64,000 nucleotides of DNA from a virus. Taxonomy: Duplodnaviria > Caudoviricetes. Of this stretch, positions 26,192 to 35,849 are shown piece after piece. Within the stretch, counting starts at the first letter, position 1. Each line of letters opens with the position of its first letter. The notes beneath the pieces were generated by a model. The model saw only the letters and a list, made by a program, of their open reading frames with translations, did no database searches and had not been told where the DNA came from. The position numbers and the translations under genes are program-made. The stretch is from IMG/VR virus record IMGVR_UViG_3300010167_000019, positions 16,202 through 80,201 of that record. One strand, 5' to 3'.

Positions 26192-27070
26192 TTAACGAAT
26201 ATTGCGCAATCGGATAAAGTATTCCAAGAGATCGATCAGATCAGCAGCTCTATCCCAATGTAGATTTTCCAAAGCTTCATCTAGGTAGGAAGTATATTTT
26301 AGAATAGTATACCCTCCACCTGAAACAGTCATCTTGATCAGAGCCTTTCCTGTTGTCTGTTCCAACCATTCAAATGTTATCCTGCGATCACCGATGCTAA
26401 GATCGAAGTATCGATCGTCATTGCGAGATGACAGTATAGATCCAACGGCAAGTTCCACTGGTCTCTGGTCACAGTAAAGGACTTTGATCAAATCAGCAAA
26501 AGTTGTTTTAGTAGTGCGAAATTTCATATGTGAGCTATCAGGTGGTATTAGTGCCGCAATGGTATCTCTGTAATAAAGTTGGTGGAAATTGAAGTGTTCA
26601 ACCCTTTGGATTAGACTAAGGGTCTCTTCTTCAGTGTTGTTAACAGAGGTAGTGAGAGGGGGAAGAAGAGGTTCAGAAATTGGTTGGGCATAGACCATAA
26701 CTTTACCATCATTACGAGATGATAGATATGGTCTTACACCTTGTAATTCCAACCAAGTGAGTCGATTATCACCTCGAACCAAAAGGGTCATGAGAGAAGA
26801 GAATTCCTTTTCCTCTTCGTCGGTTTTATAAATAAATTTCCCACTATCAGCAGTGAGTACTTCCATAATCTTCTGGCCTTCGTTTATGGCAATATCAAGA
26901 TCAGATACAGGTTTAATTTCCTTCGAGTCCGTCTTAACCTTATCTAATTCTTCTTGGATTAATTTTTGTACCTCTCGAGTTATATATTCCACATTAAACC
27001 ATTGAGCCCTCACACCAATCGTACTAGACACTATTTGCTCTATCCTACGTTTTAATTCATTCCTTTCCAC
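26192..27070 (-). CDS. hypothetical protein
   Basis: 292-aa ORF with GAGGAG RBS. Confidence 0.7.
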   Translation of the reverse strand: MERNELKRRIEQIVSSTIGVRAQWFNVEYITREVQKLIQEELDKVKTDSKEIKPVSDLDIAINEGQKIMEVLTADSGKFIYKTDEEEKEFSSLMTLLVRGDNRLTWLELQGVRPYLSSRNDGKVMVYAQPISEPLLPPLTTSVNNTEEETLSLIQRVEHFNFHQLYYRDTIAALIPPDSSHMKFRTTKTTFADLIKVLYCDQRPVELAVGSILSSRNDDRYFDLSIGDRRITFEWLEQTTGKALIKMTVSGGGYTILKYTSYLDEALENLHWDRAADLIDLLEYFIRLRNIR

Positions 27071-27110
27071 TCAATCATCTCCTCACGGTGAATTTTTATC
27101 CCAAGTACTT

Positions 27111-27413
27111 TCAACCGGATCCAATGATATACCATTGGGCTCTGTAGGAGAGTCCACAAGACCAAGCTTTTCTTACTCCCAATTCAGTAGAGATAAGTGC
27201 TTCTTTATATAAGCTACAGGACCTTCCAGAGCATATAGGTGATCCACCCGTACCACTACTACTTCCAACAACCCGAGCCATCTGTTTAAGAGGACAGGTT
27301 ACATCCATAGTAACCATGCCTTCGATGAAGGTATCGATGATCTCATAAGGGAGAGTAGTTGTAGCATATTCTTCATTAGCCTTGACTCTGAAAATACCTA
27401 GTCCCTTTTCCAT
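27111..27413 (-). CDS. hypothetical Cys-containing protein
   Basis: 100 aa with four spaced Cys; AGGAAGG RBS; early-type motif at 27432. Confidence 0.65.
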   Translation of the reverse strand: MEKGLGIFRVKANEEYATTTLPYEIIDTFIEGMVTMDVTCPLKQMARVVGSSSGTGGSPICSGRSCSLYKEALISTELGVRKAWSCGLSYRAQWYIIGSG

Positions 27414-27446
27414 TTTAAAACTTCCTTCCTATTTAATATATCAATT

Positions 27447-27938
27447 TTAATGAGCGTATTTATTGACCTTGACTGTTTCAGCTACAGGAATACTATCTTC
27501 CGTTACAGGTGTGCAGGTAACTTTCCCAGCCGTATTCAGGACTGTGAACTCATAATTCTTATGACAGAATGTGAGTAGGTAGCTGGAAAAATCTCCGCCA
27601 TCTTGATATGGGACTTGATAGACATCGATCAGCAGAAGCATCTTCGCTTCACGGATATAATCGCTCATATACCGACGTTTTATTTGGTAGCCTAAATGAC
27701 CTTGGCGCAACGTTCTATTTGCATCAGAGGGAATCGTTTCCTTCTTCTCCCAGACCAAGAGGCAGATGGTAGTTAACTTCCCAGCCAGCATCTCCTCCAC
27801 TTCAGCCTGCAGATCCTTGGGATCAAAGTTGTCGATTAGCTCTGGCATTGCATAATCACTTAAGCCCCCTTTCAAATCTCCGGTAGAAATTTTACTGTAT
27901 AAGGCTCCAGCCAATCTTTTTAAAATAGAATCACTCAT
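27447..27938 (-). CDS. hypothetical protein
   Basis: 163-aa ORF with GGAGG RBS. Confidence 0.7.
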   Translation of the reverse strand: MSDSILKRLAGALYSKISTGDLKGGLSDYAMPELIDNFDPKDLQAEVEEMLAGKLTTICLLVWEKKETIPSDANRTLRQGHLGYQIKRRYMSDYIREAKMLLLIDVYQVPYQDGGDFSSYLLTFCHKNYEFTVLNTAGKVTCTPVTEDSIPVAETVKVNKYAH

Positions 27939-27939
27939 A

Positions 27940-28524
27940 TCATTTTCCTCCCTTACTTCTTAAGATTGTTTCCAAGATTGGACCACCGCGTTCTCTAACT
28001 AGCAGGGCAGAATAACTGGAAAGCAGATCATAGAAAATATCCCACTTGAATATGTACAGACAACGAACGACAGGTCTATGTCTAGTATCGTTACCAGTCT
28101 CAACCACCCAGCCGTTGTAAAGGATCAGGAAGCTGTAGACTGTACCCTTACGTCTTATACCGGATTTCTCACCTCGAGCAATGAAGCTACATTCCAATTT
28201 GTCCAAAGTCACCAAGGTGTCAGATTGCCATGGAACCCTACCTAGATATTGATGAGAGATCAATTTGAGATCTTCTATTTCGTCTTCCTCGACATCTGGG
28301 AATACCGATTCCAGCAATCCGCTGTCTCTATAAGTTTCCCTAATTTTGAAAAGAGTATTGTTAAAGGACCAGCTGACCAATTCTTCTGTTACGTCCTCCA
28401 GCTTAAAATCAGTAAATAATTCATGCACCGGAATTTCTAATACTAGGTCTTGGGGCAAACGGAATGGTGGTAGCTTTTTCTTAAGGGCTCGGAGAAATCT
28501 TCCTACATAATTATTAGCCAACAT
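27940..28524 (-). CDS. hypothetical protein
   Basis: 194-aa ORF with AGGAGG RBS. Confidence 0.7.
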   Translation of the reverse strand: MLANNYVGRFLRALKKKLPPFRLPQDLVLEIPVHELFTDFKLEDVTEELVSWSFNNTLFKIRETYRDSGLLESVFPDVEEDEIEDLKLISHQYLGRVPWQSDTLVTLDKLECSFIARGEKSGIRRKGTVYSFLILYNGWVVETGNDTRHRPVVRCLYIFKWDIFYDLLSSYSALLVRERGGPILETILRSKGGK

Positions 28525-28616
28525 TTAAACTCCTCCTAATTCATTCTGCCATGGTAGAGTATATAATCATAATCGGAGCAACGATTTGATAACGTTGGCA
28601 AGGGAGAGATGACTGA

Positions 28617-30848
28617 ATGCGCGTTATCAAGAATCGTAGTCGCCTGATCTTCTCAGAGTTTACAAGCACTGAACGGAAGATGATCGAACAGCTTGTATCC
28701 ACTATGAATAATATTTTCATCTTTCATGACCAAGATAAACAAAAAATGTACCTTCCCCCAGGGGTAGAAGATTCCATCAGAAAATTATTTCCCCGAGTAG
28801 CAATTGAAGATGAATCTTCTGAATATTGGCCTTTTAAAAAAGCAGCACCTGCAGCTGATGGTCATTTTGAGCCAAGAAGTCAAGTACAAATTGACTGCAT
28901 TGATTTTGCTTTAAAAAATGCCAAGGATATGTACCCATTGCTTGGATTTATTTTAGGTCCAGGAACTGGCAAAGCAATCCCAAATTCCACTGCAGTCCCA
29001 ACTCCAACCAGTAGAGGCTATACGAAAATGGGAGAGTTGCAGGTTGGAGATTTGGTATTTGGGTCCAATGGTCAACCCATTGAAGTATTGGCTGTGTATC
29101 CACAAGGAGAAAGAGATATCTATCAAATTACCTTTCAAGATGGGAGATCAAGTTTATGCGACCTTGAACACTTGTGGTCAGTCTTAAACTGTACTGGTCA
29201 AAAGGAAGTGTTGACCACAGCTCAGCTGATGCCAGAACCAACTGCTTACAAAATTCCTACTTTATCTGCCCCCTTACAATATAAATCTGGTGTAGTACCA
29301 ATGGATCCTTACATCTTAGGAGCGTGGTTGGGTGACCATGGCCCAACCATTGCCGAATCCTATTTATACAATGATCTGCATACCCGCTTGAAATTATTAC
29401 AGGGCTTGCTGACCAATCATGCTACGGTGGATGATAATTTTGTCATAACCTACACCCCCGCAATTCCGGAATTGTTGGAGCAAGTTAGAGACTTGATTTG
29501 GAGCATTGGTTACCAGGCAAAAATAAAAGAGAATAAAGTGATTGTAAATGTGCCGAATGAATTCAAGACTGAGCTCTTCACTAATCCTTTCAAGCAATCG
29601 AGAGCGAATGCCATTAAAGCTTTCTCTCACCCCAATGCCCAAGAGTTTAAGTACTTGGGGATTCAGGATATAAAATTTTCTCACCGAGAGGAAGCTACTT
29701 GTATTCGGGTGGATTCCTTAGATTCTCTCTATGTGATTGACCAGTGTATCTTGACCCATAATACCTTTGTTGCTTCCTACTGTGCAGTTAAGGTTGGAGC
29801 GAAAGCTTTATTTATTGCCCCCACTAGTAGTACCAGAAATCAGTGGACGGAAACATTGGTCAATATGTTAAAAGTTTCTCCTTCTGCTATCACAACCGCA
29901 ACAACAGCCAGAGAGTTCATAGCTGCTAAGACAGATTATGTGGTAACTTTACAAGCCACACTAGCCAATATCAATAACAACTACGACTTAGAAAGAATAT
30001 TGAAGGATAAGCAATTTGGCATTAAGATCATCGATGAGTGTCAGATGTTTTTCCAGAACATTATTAAAGTAGATGGCTCTGCTAACATTGCTCACAACTG
30101 GTATCTTACCGGTACTTTTGGCAGAAGCGCCGATGTGGAAAATAAAATCTACCATGAAATGTTTGGGAAGATTAAACTCTTCACAGTGCCTGATAGAAAA
30201 CCTACTCTATTCAATAGGAAGCCAGGTAACATCTACGGTGAGAAGCCTCATATGAACGTAGACATGTATTGGATGGATAGTGGCATAACTGAGGAGCAAG
30301 CAGAATCAATGCGTAGGGCTACACGTTATGGAATTAGTCTACCGCTATACACAGAGATGGTAATCCCATCAGATGGTACAGAAACCATATTCATCAAGAA
30401 AGTGCTAAAGATCATTAAAACAGCTGAGAGGAAAACTCCTTATGGCAGTACGTTGATTCTAGTTCCCACTATTAAATCTACCGAGGTTTTGGCTAGACAT
30501 GTTCGCAAGAGCTTTCCCGACAAAAAGGTAGGAACTTATCATTCGCACAATGATAAAAAAGAAAATGCTCGTGCTAAAGCAGAAGATGATATTCTCATCT
30601 CTACTGTAAAATCTGCAGGTACCGGCTTTGATCGGAAAGGCTTAGCCAAATTGATTGTCTTGGAGCAATTCAAAAGCTGGATCTTAACAACCCAGGTGGC
30701 TGGCAGGCTTAGACGAAGGGATGACGGGAGAGAAACATATATGTATGATATCGTGGATCGTAACATCAAACAACTTAGAGCATGGGGTTCTGTACGTGGG
30801 AAGTTGCTTAAAAAGCTCTCGAAAAAATTTACTTTAATAGAATACTGA
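28617..30848 (+). CDS. superfamily 2 (DEAD/DEAH-like, UvsW-type) helicase interrupted by an intein
   Basis: Walker A GPGTGK|T, IIDECQ, LTGTFGRS, STVKSAGTGFD and QVAGRLRR. Confidence 0.88.
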   Translation: MRVIKNRSRLIFSEFTSTERKMIEQLVSTMNNIFIFHDQDKQKMYLPPGVEDSIRKLFPRVAIEDESSEYWPFKKAAPAADGHFEPRSQVQIDCIDFALKNAKDMYPLLGFILGPGTGKAIPNSTAVPTPTSRGYTKMGELQVGDLVFGSNGQPIEVLAVYPQGERDIYQITFQDGRSSLCDLEHLWSVLNCTGQKEVLTTAQLMPEPTAYKIPTLSAPLQYKSGVVPMDPYILGAWLGDHGPTIAESYLYNDLHTRLKLLQGLLTNHATVDDNFVITYTPAIPELLEQVRDLIWSIGYQAKIKENKVIVNVPNEFKTELFTNPFKQSRANAIKAFSHPNAQEFKYLGIQDIKFSHREEATCIRVDSLDSLYVIDQCILTHNTFVASYCAVKVGAKALFIAPTSSTRNQWTETLVNMLKVSPSAITTATTAREFIAAKTDYVVTLQATLANINNNYDLERILKDKQFGIKIIDECQMFFQNIIKVDGSANIAHNWYLTGTFGRSADVENKIYHEMFGKIKLFTVPDRKPTLFNRKPGNIYGEKPHMNVDMYWMDSGITEEQAESMRRATRYGISLPLYTEMVIPSDGTETIFIKKVLKIIKTAERKTPYGSTLILVPTIKSTEVLARHVRKSFPDKKVGTYHSHNDKKENARAKAEDDILISTVKSAGTGFDRKGLAKLIVLEQFKSWILTTQVAGRLRRRDDGRETYMYDIVDRNIKQLRAWGSVRGKLLKKLSKKFTLIEY
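28974..29762 (+). mobile_element. intein (263 aa), Ala1 class-3 type, with a degenerate LAGLIDADG domain
   Basis: Begins AIPNST after GK and ends LTHN before Thr+1. W in block B (EHLWSV), C in block F (ATCIRV), T in block G. Block C PYILGAWLGDHG is present; block E is degenerate (LQGLLTNHA). Confidence 0.88.
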
Positions 30849-30851
30849 AGA

Positions 30852-30880
30852 ATGAGGGATGGTCACTGACCATCCCTCAT
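30852..30880. terminator. bidirectional terminator, 14-bp arms with 1-nt spacer
   Basis: atgagggatggtca-c-tgaccatccctcat. Confidence 0.8.
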
Positions 30881-30884
30881 CGAT

Positions 30885-31238
30885 TTAATTCCAAATAAAC
30901 CAAAATTCCTTAGGCGATAATTTTTTCCATCGGTTAATGGTTTCAAGAGTTATTGGTGCATCATCTTCGATCAGAGACGGATCATTTTGTTCTGCGATCC
31001 TATCCTCCTCAAGTCCTCTGATGAAATCTCTTTGTATACCCGACACCCTCTGCTCAACATGTTTTACAAGGTCATGATATCTCTTTTCTGTAAGATGGAA
31101 TTCGGATATAAGGTGTTTGTTCAAATCATCGGCACAATTTGATCTGAACACTGTATTGGCTCCGATGAAGGCTTCATAAGTTGTTAAACTTATTTCAGCC
31201 CCTCTGTTAGCCTTTTCAACGTATTGATCTCTGAGCAT
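30885..31238 (-). CDS. hypothetical protein
   Basis: ORF with GGAGG RBS. Confidence 0.7.
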   Translation of the reverse strand: MLRDQYVEKANRGAEISLTTYEAFIGANTVFRSNCADDLNKHLISEFHLTEKRYHDLVKHVEQRVSGIQRDFIRGLEEDRIAEQNDPSLIEDDAPITLETINRWKKLSPKEFWFIWN

Positions 31239-31459
31239 CTTTCAATCACCTCCACCACACCTACCATATAGTTGCCTTCCCTTGTAACGATCTCATCATT
31301 ACGGTATATGGTAACGATTTTAAAACTATCTTCAGATATAGCCACATTTCCAAGACCAACTGCTACATAGAGATATACTATGCCTTCTGGATGGTCCTGG
31401 AGTAACATGATTGCAGACCTATCCATATAATCCTGACCAAACTCCTTCCTTAGATTCAA
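31190..31459 (-). CDS. hypothetical protein (start uncertain)
   Basis: Fills the gap in the early operon and overlaps both neighbours. Confidence 0.55.
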   Translation of the reverse strand: MNLRKEFGQDYMDRSAIMLLQDHPEGIVYLYVAVGLGNVAISEDSFKIVTIYRNDEIVTREGNYMVGVVEVIERCSEINTLKRLTEGLK

Positions 31460-31706
31460 TGATATACCTGCCAGGCTGAATGTTCTTCATCCACTTTCGT
31501 TTTATGGGAACGATCTCACCAGTGGTTGGTTCGAACACGTAACCACCTTCCATAGGATGCTCGGGATGGTAAACTTTTTCATAGACCTCTTGAGTGAATC
31601 CTTTGTCTGGGGTATAACCTACCATCACTAATTGTTCATAAGTCATACTAAAAGCGTTTTTCAGACGGTGGTACTGATTGTCAAATACTTCTAGACTATA
31701 TATCAC
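31419..31706 (-). CDS. hypothetical protein
   Basis: AGGAGG RBS, GTG start, early-type motif at 31726. Confidence 0.7.
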   Translation of the reverse strand: MIYSLEVFDNQYHRLKNAFSMTYEQLVMVGYTPDKGFTQEVYEKVYHPEHPMEGGYVFEPTTGEIVPIKRKWMKNIQPGRYIIESKEGVWSGLYG

Positions 31707-31767
31707 AATACTTCCCTCCTACTCTATAATATATCATTTAATTATTACCAGTATTTTAAAAATTAAA

Positions 31768-31793
31768 AAAAGGGATCCAATTGGATCCCTTTT
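31768..31793. terminator. terminator, perfect 26-bp palindrome
   Basis: aaaagggatccaa|ttggatccctttt. Confidence 0.8.
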
Positions 31794-31816
31794 ACCTTTT
31801 ACTTACCCTTCCTGTC

Positions 31817-32356
31817 TTAATAACTCTTCTTAGCCAGCTCGACACACTCTTCTTCGGAAAGACCTGCAGCCTTTCCAGCCTCATACCTAGCTTTCTTAGC
31901 TATAGCATCGGCGTCAATTCTTCTGGTCAGGGAGTTATAGGTTTCCGTATAAATTTCCGCCAGACTCTTCTTGTAGTACGGGTAACCAGCATCAATAGTG
32001 TTATTCTCCTGTAACTCTTCCGTGATTGGCCTGACTGGCCTTTTCTCGAAATTCTCCCGAGCTTCTTTTTCAGCCTTCTCCTTGATAGACTCGATACGAA
32101 GTTCTCGTTCTGTCTTCTCATAATGCTTTTGGTAAATCTCTTCATCCGTAGGCTCTGAAGGCTTTGATGATAATTCACACAGTTCATCTTTCAATGTCTT
32201 TTCAACCATCTTCATGGAATACTCCATGTAGGGACCTAATACTCCAGCCCACTTATCTATTTGGAATATTTCCATCAGCCGATTCATTGTGTCTACGCAT
32301 TCCACGGTCTTTTCACACGCTTCCTTGAATTCCTTGTTAGTAATAGTTATTTCCAT
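31817..32356 (-). CDS. hypothetical charged helical protein
   Basis: 179-aa ORF downstream of the leader element. Confidence 0.7.
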   Translation of the reverse strand: MEITITNKEFKEACEKTVECVDTMNRLMEIFQIDKWAGVLGPYMEYSMKMVEKTLKDELCELSSKPSEPTDEEIYQKHYEKTERELRIESIKEKAEKEARENFEKRPVRPITEELQENNTIDAGYPYYKKSLAEIYTETYNSLTRRIDADAIAKKARYEAGKAAGLSEEECVELAKKSY

Positions 32357-32377
32357 ATTATCCCTTCTCTCTTTGTA

Positions 32378-32427
32378 GTATAAAAGATTTTTCTTATCTT
32401 TTATCTACTATTAGAATATATAAGTGA
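32378..32427 (-). promoter_or_regulatory. early promoter plus conserved 5' leader hairpin (copy 2)
   Basis: ATATATTCTAATAGTAGA then UAAAAGAU/AUCUUUUA then TACT. Confidence 0.65.
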
Positions 32428-32608
32428 ATAACGACAATGTACGGTCAGGATCTAGCTCTTTACAATAAGCCTTCAGATAGGAAAGATCACGATCATCGGC
32501 AACACGTCGATAACTGTCGGACCAACAGTTTGGACACCAAGTTCCTTTATAAATTATACTGGTTTCCGGTAGTAGAAAGATCCTACCACAATGATTACAC
32601 TTGAACAT
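32411..32608 (-). CDS. small zinc-ribbon protein
   Basis: MFKCNHCGRIF...CPNCWS (two CxxC). Confidence 0.7.
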   Translation of the reverse strand: MFKCNHCGRIFLLPETSIIYKGTWCPNCWSDSYRRVADDRDLSYLKAYCKELDPDRTLSLFTYIF

Positions 32609-32621
32609 TCCCTTTTCCCCC

Positions 32622-32843
32622 TTAACGTATATAGATAATAACACCCACTAGTACGAATACCAGGATACCTGTTGATATTATAAAATACCAAGGTACCTTA
32701 CTAGAGATACTGATGAAGCCTTCACATTTTTTAATACCACCCGCCCTACACATGTCTAAAGAATCTGGGAAACAACTTCCACACTCATGTTGCAACCATA
32801 AGTGTTGTATGCATTTTTTGCATAAGCATTTTTTATCACACAT
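32622..32843 (-). CDS. small Cys-rich protein with a C-terminal membrane anchor
   Basis: Nine Cys, then WYFIISTGILVFVLVGVIIYIR. Confidence 0.65.
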   Translation of the reverse strand: MCDKKCLCKKCIQHLWLQHECGSCFPDSLDMCRAGGIKKCEGFISISSKVPWYFIISTGILVFVLVGVIIYIR

Positions 32844-32889
32844 TTTATTTTTTCCTTCCTATTATATATATCACAAAGGAGGTTTATAA

Positions 32890-33198
32890 ATGGACATTGA
32901 TATTTTGAAAAGAGCCACAGCTAAACTAGATTCATTTCTTACGGATATTTCGGAACTCCTGCATGAGGATCAAGTCACCAGTGAAGAAAAGGAAGCCTTG
33001 ACTACCATCCTCGATGTAACGGGAAGTGTACTGCTCAAACTACTCAATGATGTCAAAAGTCTGGTGGGTGAAGAGATTGATTTTTTGCAAGATCTAGACC
33101 TCTACGATGATCAGATTTTTGATTCCCCATGGGATTTATCCGAGGAGATAGACCCTTTGAACAGTATGATTAATATCGGGAACGACGATGACCTGTAA
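32890..33198 (+). CDS. small acidic hypothetical protein
   Basis: AAGGAGG RBS; very Asp/Glu-rich. Confidence 0.7.
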   Translation: MDIDILKRATAKLDSFLTDISELLHEDQVTSEEKEALTTILDVTGSVLLKLLNDVKSLVGEEIDFLQDLDLYDDQIFDSPWDLSEEIDPLNSMINIGNDDDL

Positions 33199-33226
33199 GA
33201 CATAAAATTTGAAAGGAGATTAGCTT

Positions 33227-35044
33227 ATGGCTAAAGTTATTACCCTATATCCTAAAGTGACAGTTTGGTGTCCTGAGTTAAATGAGTTTTTTAAAACTAC
33301 TCCCGGTGCCATCGAAGGGCAATATATTCTGCAGGTAACATTGCCCCAGAATGATACTGATGACATCCAATTATATAATTTCGAAATATATGTGAAACGC
33401 GGTGTAGCACCAGCGGTTGGTACTGGAATCTATACGACTGTCACGGTTGGCTACCAAACCATCTACGAATACTACGAAGTCAATCATATTGTGGCTAATC
33501 CTGATACTCTACCATGGACTGGTGGTACGGTACTCATTACCATCAACTTCGATGATGCTGATCCGGAAATGCCCTATATGAAAGTCTTAGATCTAGTTAA
33601 CAGTGGTCTGACTCCTCCTCTGAAAACTTATGTTTCCCGTCAGGGTGATATTTTCATCTACGGAAGTAAGGCTACACCACCGGAGAATGTTATCCGTCGT
33701 TACGATTGGGAAGCTAACACTTTAGAAGTAGTTGGTTATCCGGGAATACCAGCCATGACTCCTCCGATCGAATCCTTCATGGAATTAGAAGCAGAGGAAG
33801 CACTTTGGGTTCTCCCAGCTTGGGCTTATTATGATCCTGATACCAAGAGCTTCCAATACTATGGTGGAGGTGCTGGAGAGAAGGCTGAACATCTTGGCAC
33901 AATTGGAACCTACAACTACATCCTGGGTCCTGCTGCTCTGTTTAATTACAATGCTAGCAGCAAGCTCTTTGAAAATTTGAATTTGGCTGCTCTGCCTAGT
34001 GCTGTCAGTCTTAAAGTGACTGAGTTGAAAAATAACAATCTTCTGCTGACTTATGAAGATGGCAGTGGTAACAAATACGCTTACGTCTTAGGACCAACTG
34101 GTCCAGCTCGTGTAGAACTTAACCTGCCAGTCAGCCTTAATAGCATCCTAGAAGGAGAAGCAGATATCCTCTTTGCTGCTGGCAGTGTTTACACCACTAA
34201 CTACTACTGTCTCAGTGGAACACTGATCGAATATTCTTTAGAGTATGAGGGTGGTCCACTTAATCAAGGTGACTCTCTGGAAAGTTGTTATATCTTCCCT
34301 AAGAATTGGAATCAGAATATAGAGTATATCGCTACTGGCAATGCTCAAACCTTATCCATCGGAATTGCTCCACGTAACTTTTATGAAGATCCGGACAATG
34401 ACAATTTATACTTCGTGGAAGGGGAAGAGAATAATGGGACTGTCTATCAAGTCAAAGGCGATAGTCTCAAAACTTTCTTAACTCAACAGGGGTGGGATCA
34501 AGTGTCTGGTGTTTATGGCTTAATTACCTCAGGGAACCTTAGACCACTAGCTCCTACTGTTCCAGGTTCAGGCACGGTAGGTAACGTAACTGATCCCAGA
34601 TTCTTCAAAGATAGTTCCCACTCTGTTTATTTTGTCACAGAGACCAATAACAAAACAGTCTTAGTCAGAACTATTTGGAGTACAATGTCACCAGAAGTCA
34701 ATCACACTCTCTTGGAAGTTTATGCTCCCGCTAAAGATTGGCACTTCAAACAAGAAGGCGGTAAAGTCAAAGCTTATTCCGATGCTATGCTAGGACAGTT
34801 TGAATACAATCCTAGTACTAAGGAATTCGAATTGGATCAATCGGTTGATCTAGATTACTGTGGCACACCCTTTGGTATCTACACAGCCTTCTTCGGTTCA
34901 GACTTCACTAAGATCTGGTTGAATGGTGAAGCCTTTATGGAATTAGATGAAGCCTATCTCGATGTCTCCTCTGGTACAGAAATTGGTATAGCTGTCAACA
35001 AGAATGATCCTAACAAAGTCCTGATCTTAGGACCTAATGAGTAA
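33227..35044 (+). CDS. beta-propeller-like virion protein, paralog 2 of 3
   Basis: N-terminus MAKVITLYPKVTVWC and C-terminal YCGTPFG...TKIW shared with 57626 and 17675. Confidence 0.6.
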   Translation: MAKVITLYPKVTVWCPELNEFFKTTPGAIEGQYILQVTLPQNDTDDIQLYNFEIYVKRGVAPAVGTGIYTTVTVGYQTIYEYYEVNHIVANPDTLPWTGGTVLITINFDDADPEMPYMKVLDLVNSGLTPPLKTYVSRQGDIFIYGSKATPPENVIRRYDWEANTLEVVGYPGIPAMTPPIESFMELEAEEALWVLPAWAYYDPDTKSFQYYGGGAGEKAEHLGTIGTYNYILGPAALFNYNASSKLFENLNLAALPSAVSLKVTELKNNNLLLTYEDGSGNKYAYVLGPTGPARVELNLPVSLNSILEGEADILFAAGSVYTTNYYCLSGTLIEYSLEYEGGPLNQGDSLESCYIFPKNWNQNIEYIATGNAQTLSIGIAPRNFYEDPDNDNLYFVEGEENNGTVYQVKGDSLKTFLTQQGWDQVSGVYGLITSGNLRPLAPTVPGSGTVGNVTDPRFFKDSSHSVYFVTETNNKTVLVRTIWSTMSPEVNHTLLEVYAPAKDWHFKQEGGKVKAYSDAMLGQFEYNPSTKEFELDQSVDLDYCGTPFGIYTAFFGSDFTKIWLNGEAFMELDEAYLDVSSGTEIGIAVNKNDPNKVLILGPNE

Positions 35045-35050
35045 AGAAAG

Positions 35051-35083
35051 AAATAGACTGGAGCTTTTAGCTCCAGTCTATTT
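35051..35083. terminator. bidirectional terminator
   Basis: aaatagactggagct-ttt-agctccagtctattt. Confidence 0.8.
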
Positions 35084-35090
35084 TCTTCAT

Positions 35091-35401
35091 CTATAACTCA
35101 TCGTCCTCGATTGGAACTAATTCATTGCGAGGAACTGCATTTTCTCTTTCCCGTCCAATGATATCATTGATATCCGTGGATAAAGATTGAATACTTAAAA
35201 TCTTATCCAAGTGCTTGTCATCCAATAAACGAAAACCATTCTCTTTAGCAAAGGGATGAGCCAGATAGGTAAACTGAGAGAGTTCACTAGCCATGGAATC
35301 AACCCTTCTTCGTTTGACAACATTCATGACCATGTAACGATTCTCACCCTTCATTTCCATATTAATTATACAGCACCAATCTGCTGTCTCCATTAATTCC
35401 C
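35091..35401 (-). CDS. dnaB: DnaB-like replicative helicase, exon 2
   Basis: Splicing gives VGDA-W-ELMETADWCCII...KRR. Confidence 0.8.
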
Positions 35402-35849
35402 CTGGTATTCATTCTCATGTATGCGCTAAGTACATGACGTTCACTTCTGAACTGCTCCGCCTCTCAGCAGACGACATACTATTTCAAGTATGAAGGAGTA
35501 TTTCTACTCGTTTAGATCATATCTTTATTCTGACTACTCTGACCATAGTCAAAATAATTCCCGTTTCCCGTTACCCTGTGTCCTTCCAAGACTAACAGCC
35601 CTCTATCGCTTAGGGGGTACTCTACTGTCCACGCTGTAGGATTTTTAATTCCTATCTGCAGATGGTCGATGATCGTTGAACCCATGTCTACTGCTAGACA
35701 CTTGGTTGCGGATTGACCCTACCCTATACTTTATTACTTTACCCTAGTTGATTAAACTAGGCCACTAGAATATTGCTATTCTAGCTTAGTAGTATAGGTC
35801 TAACAGGCTATTCCCGCAGTTAGAGAATTTTTAGATGCCCAGGAAGTTA
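35402..35849 (-). mobile_element. group I intron in dnaB (448 nt, no ORF)
   Basis: Exon ends GAUGCCU; IGS UUCCU-G-GGCAUC pairs with both exons; AACUGCGGGAA and AAUCCGCAACC; P7 GAUCA/UGAUC; terminal G at 35402. Confidence 0.9.
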
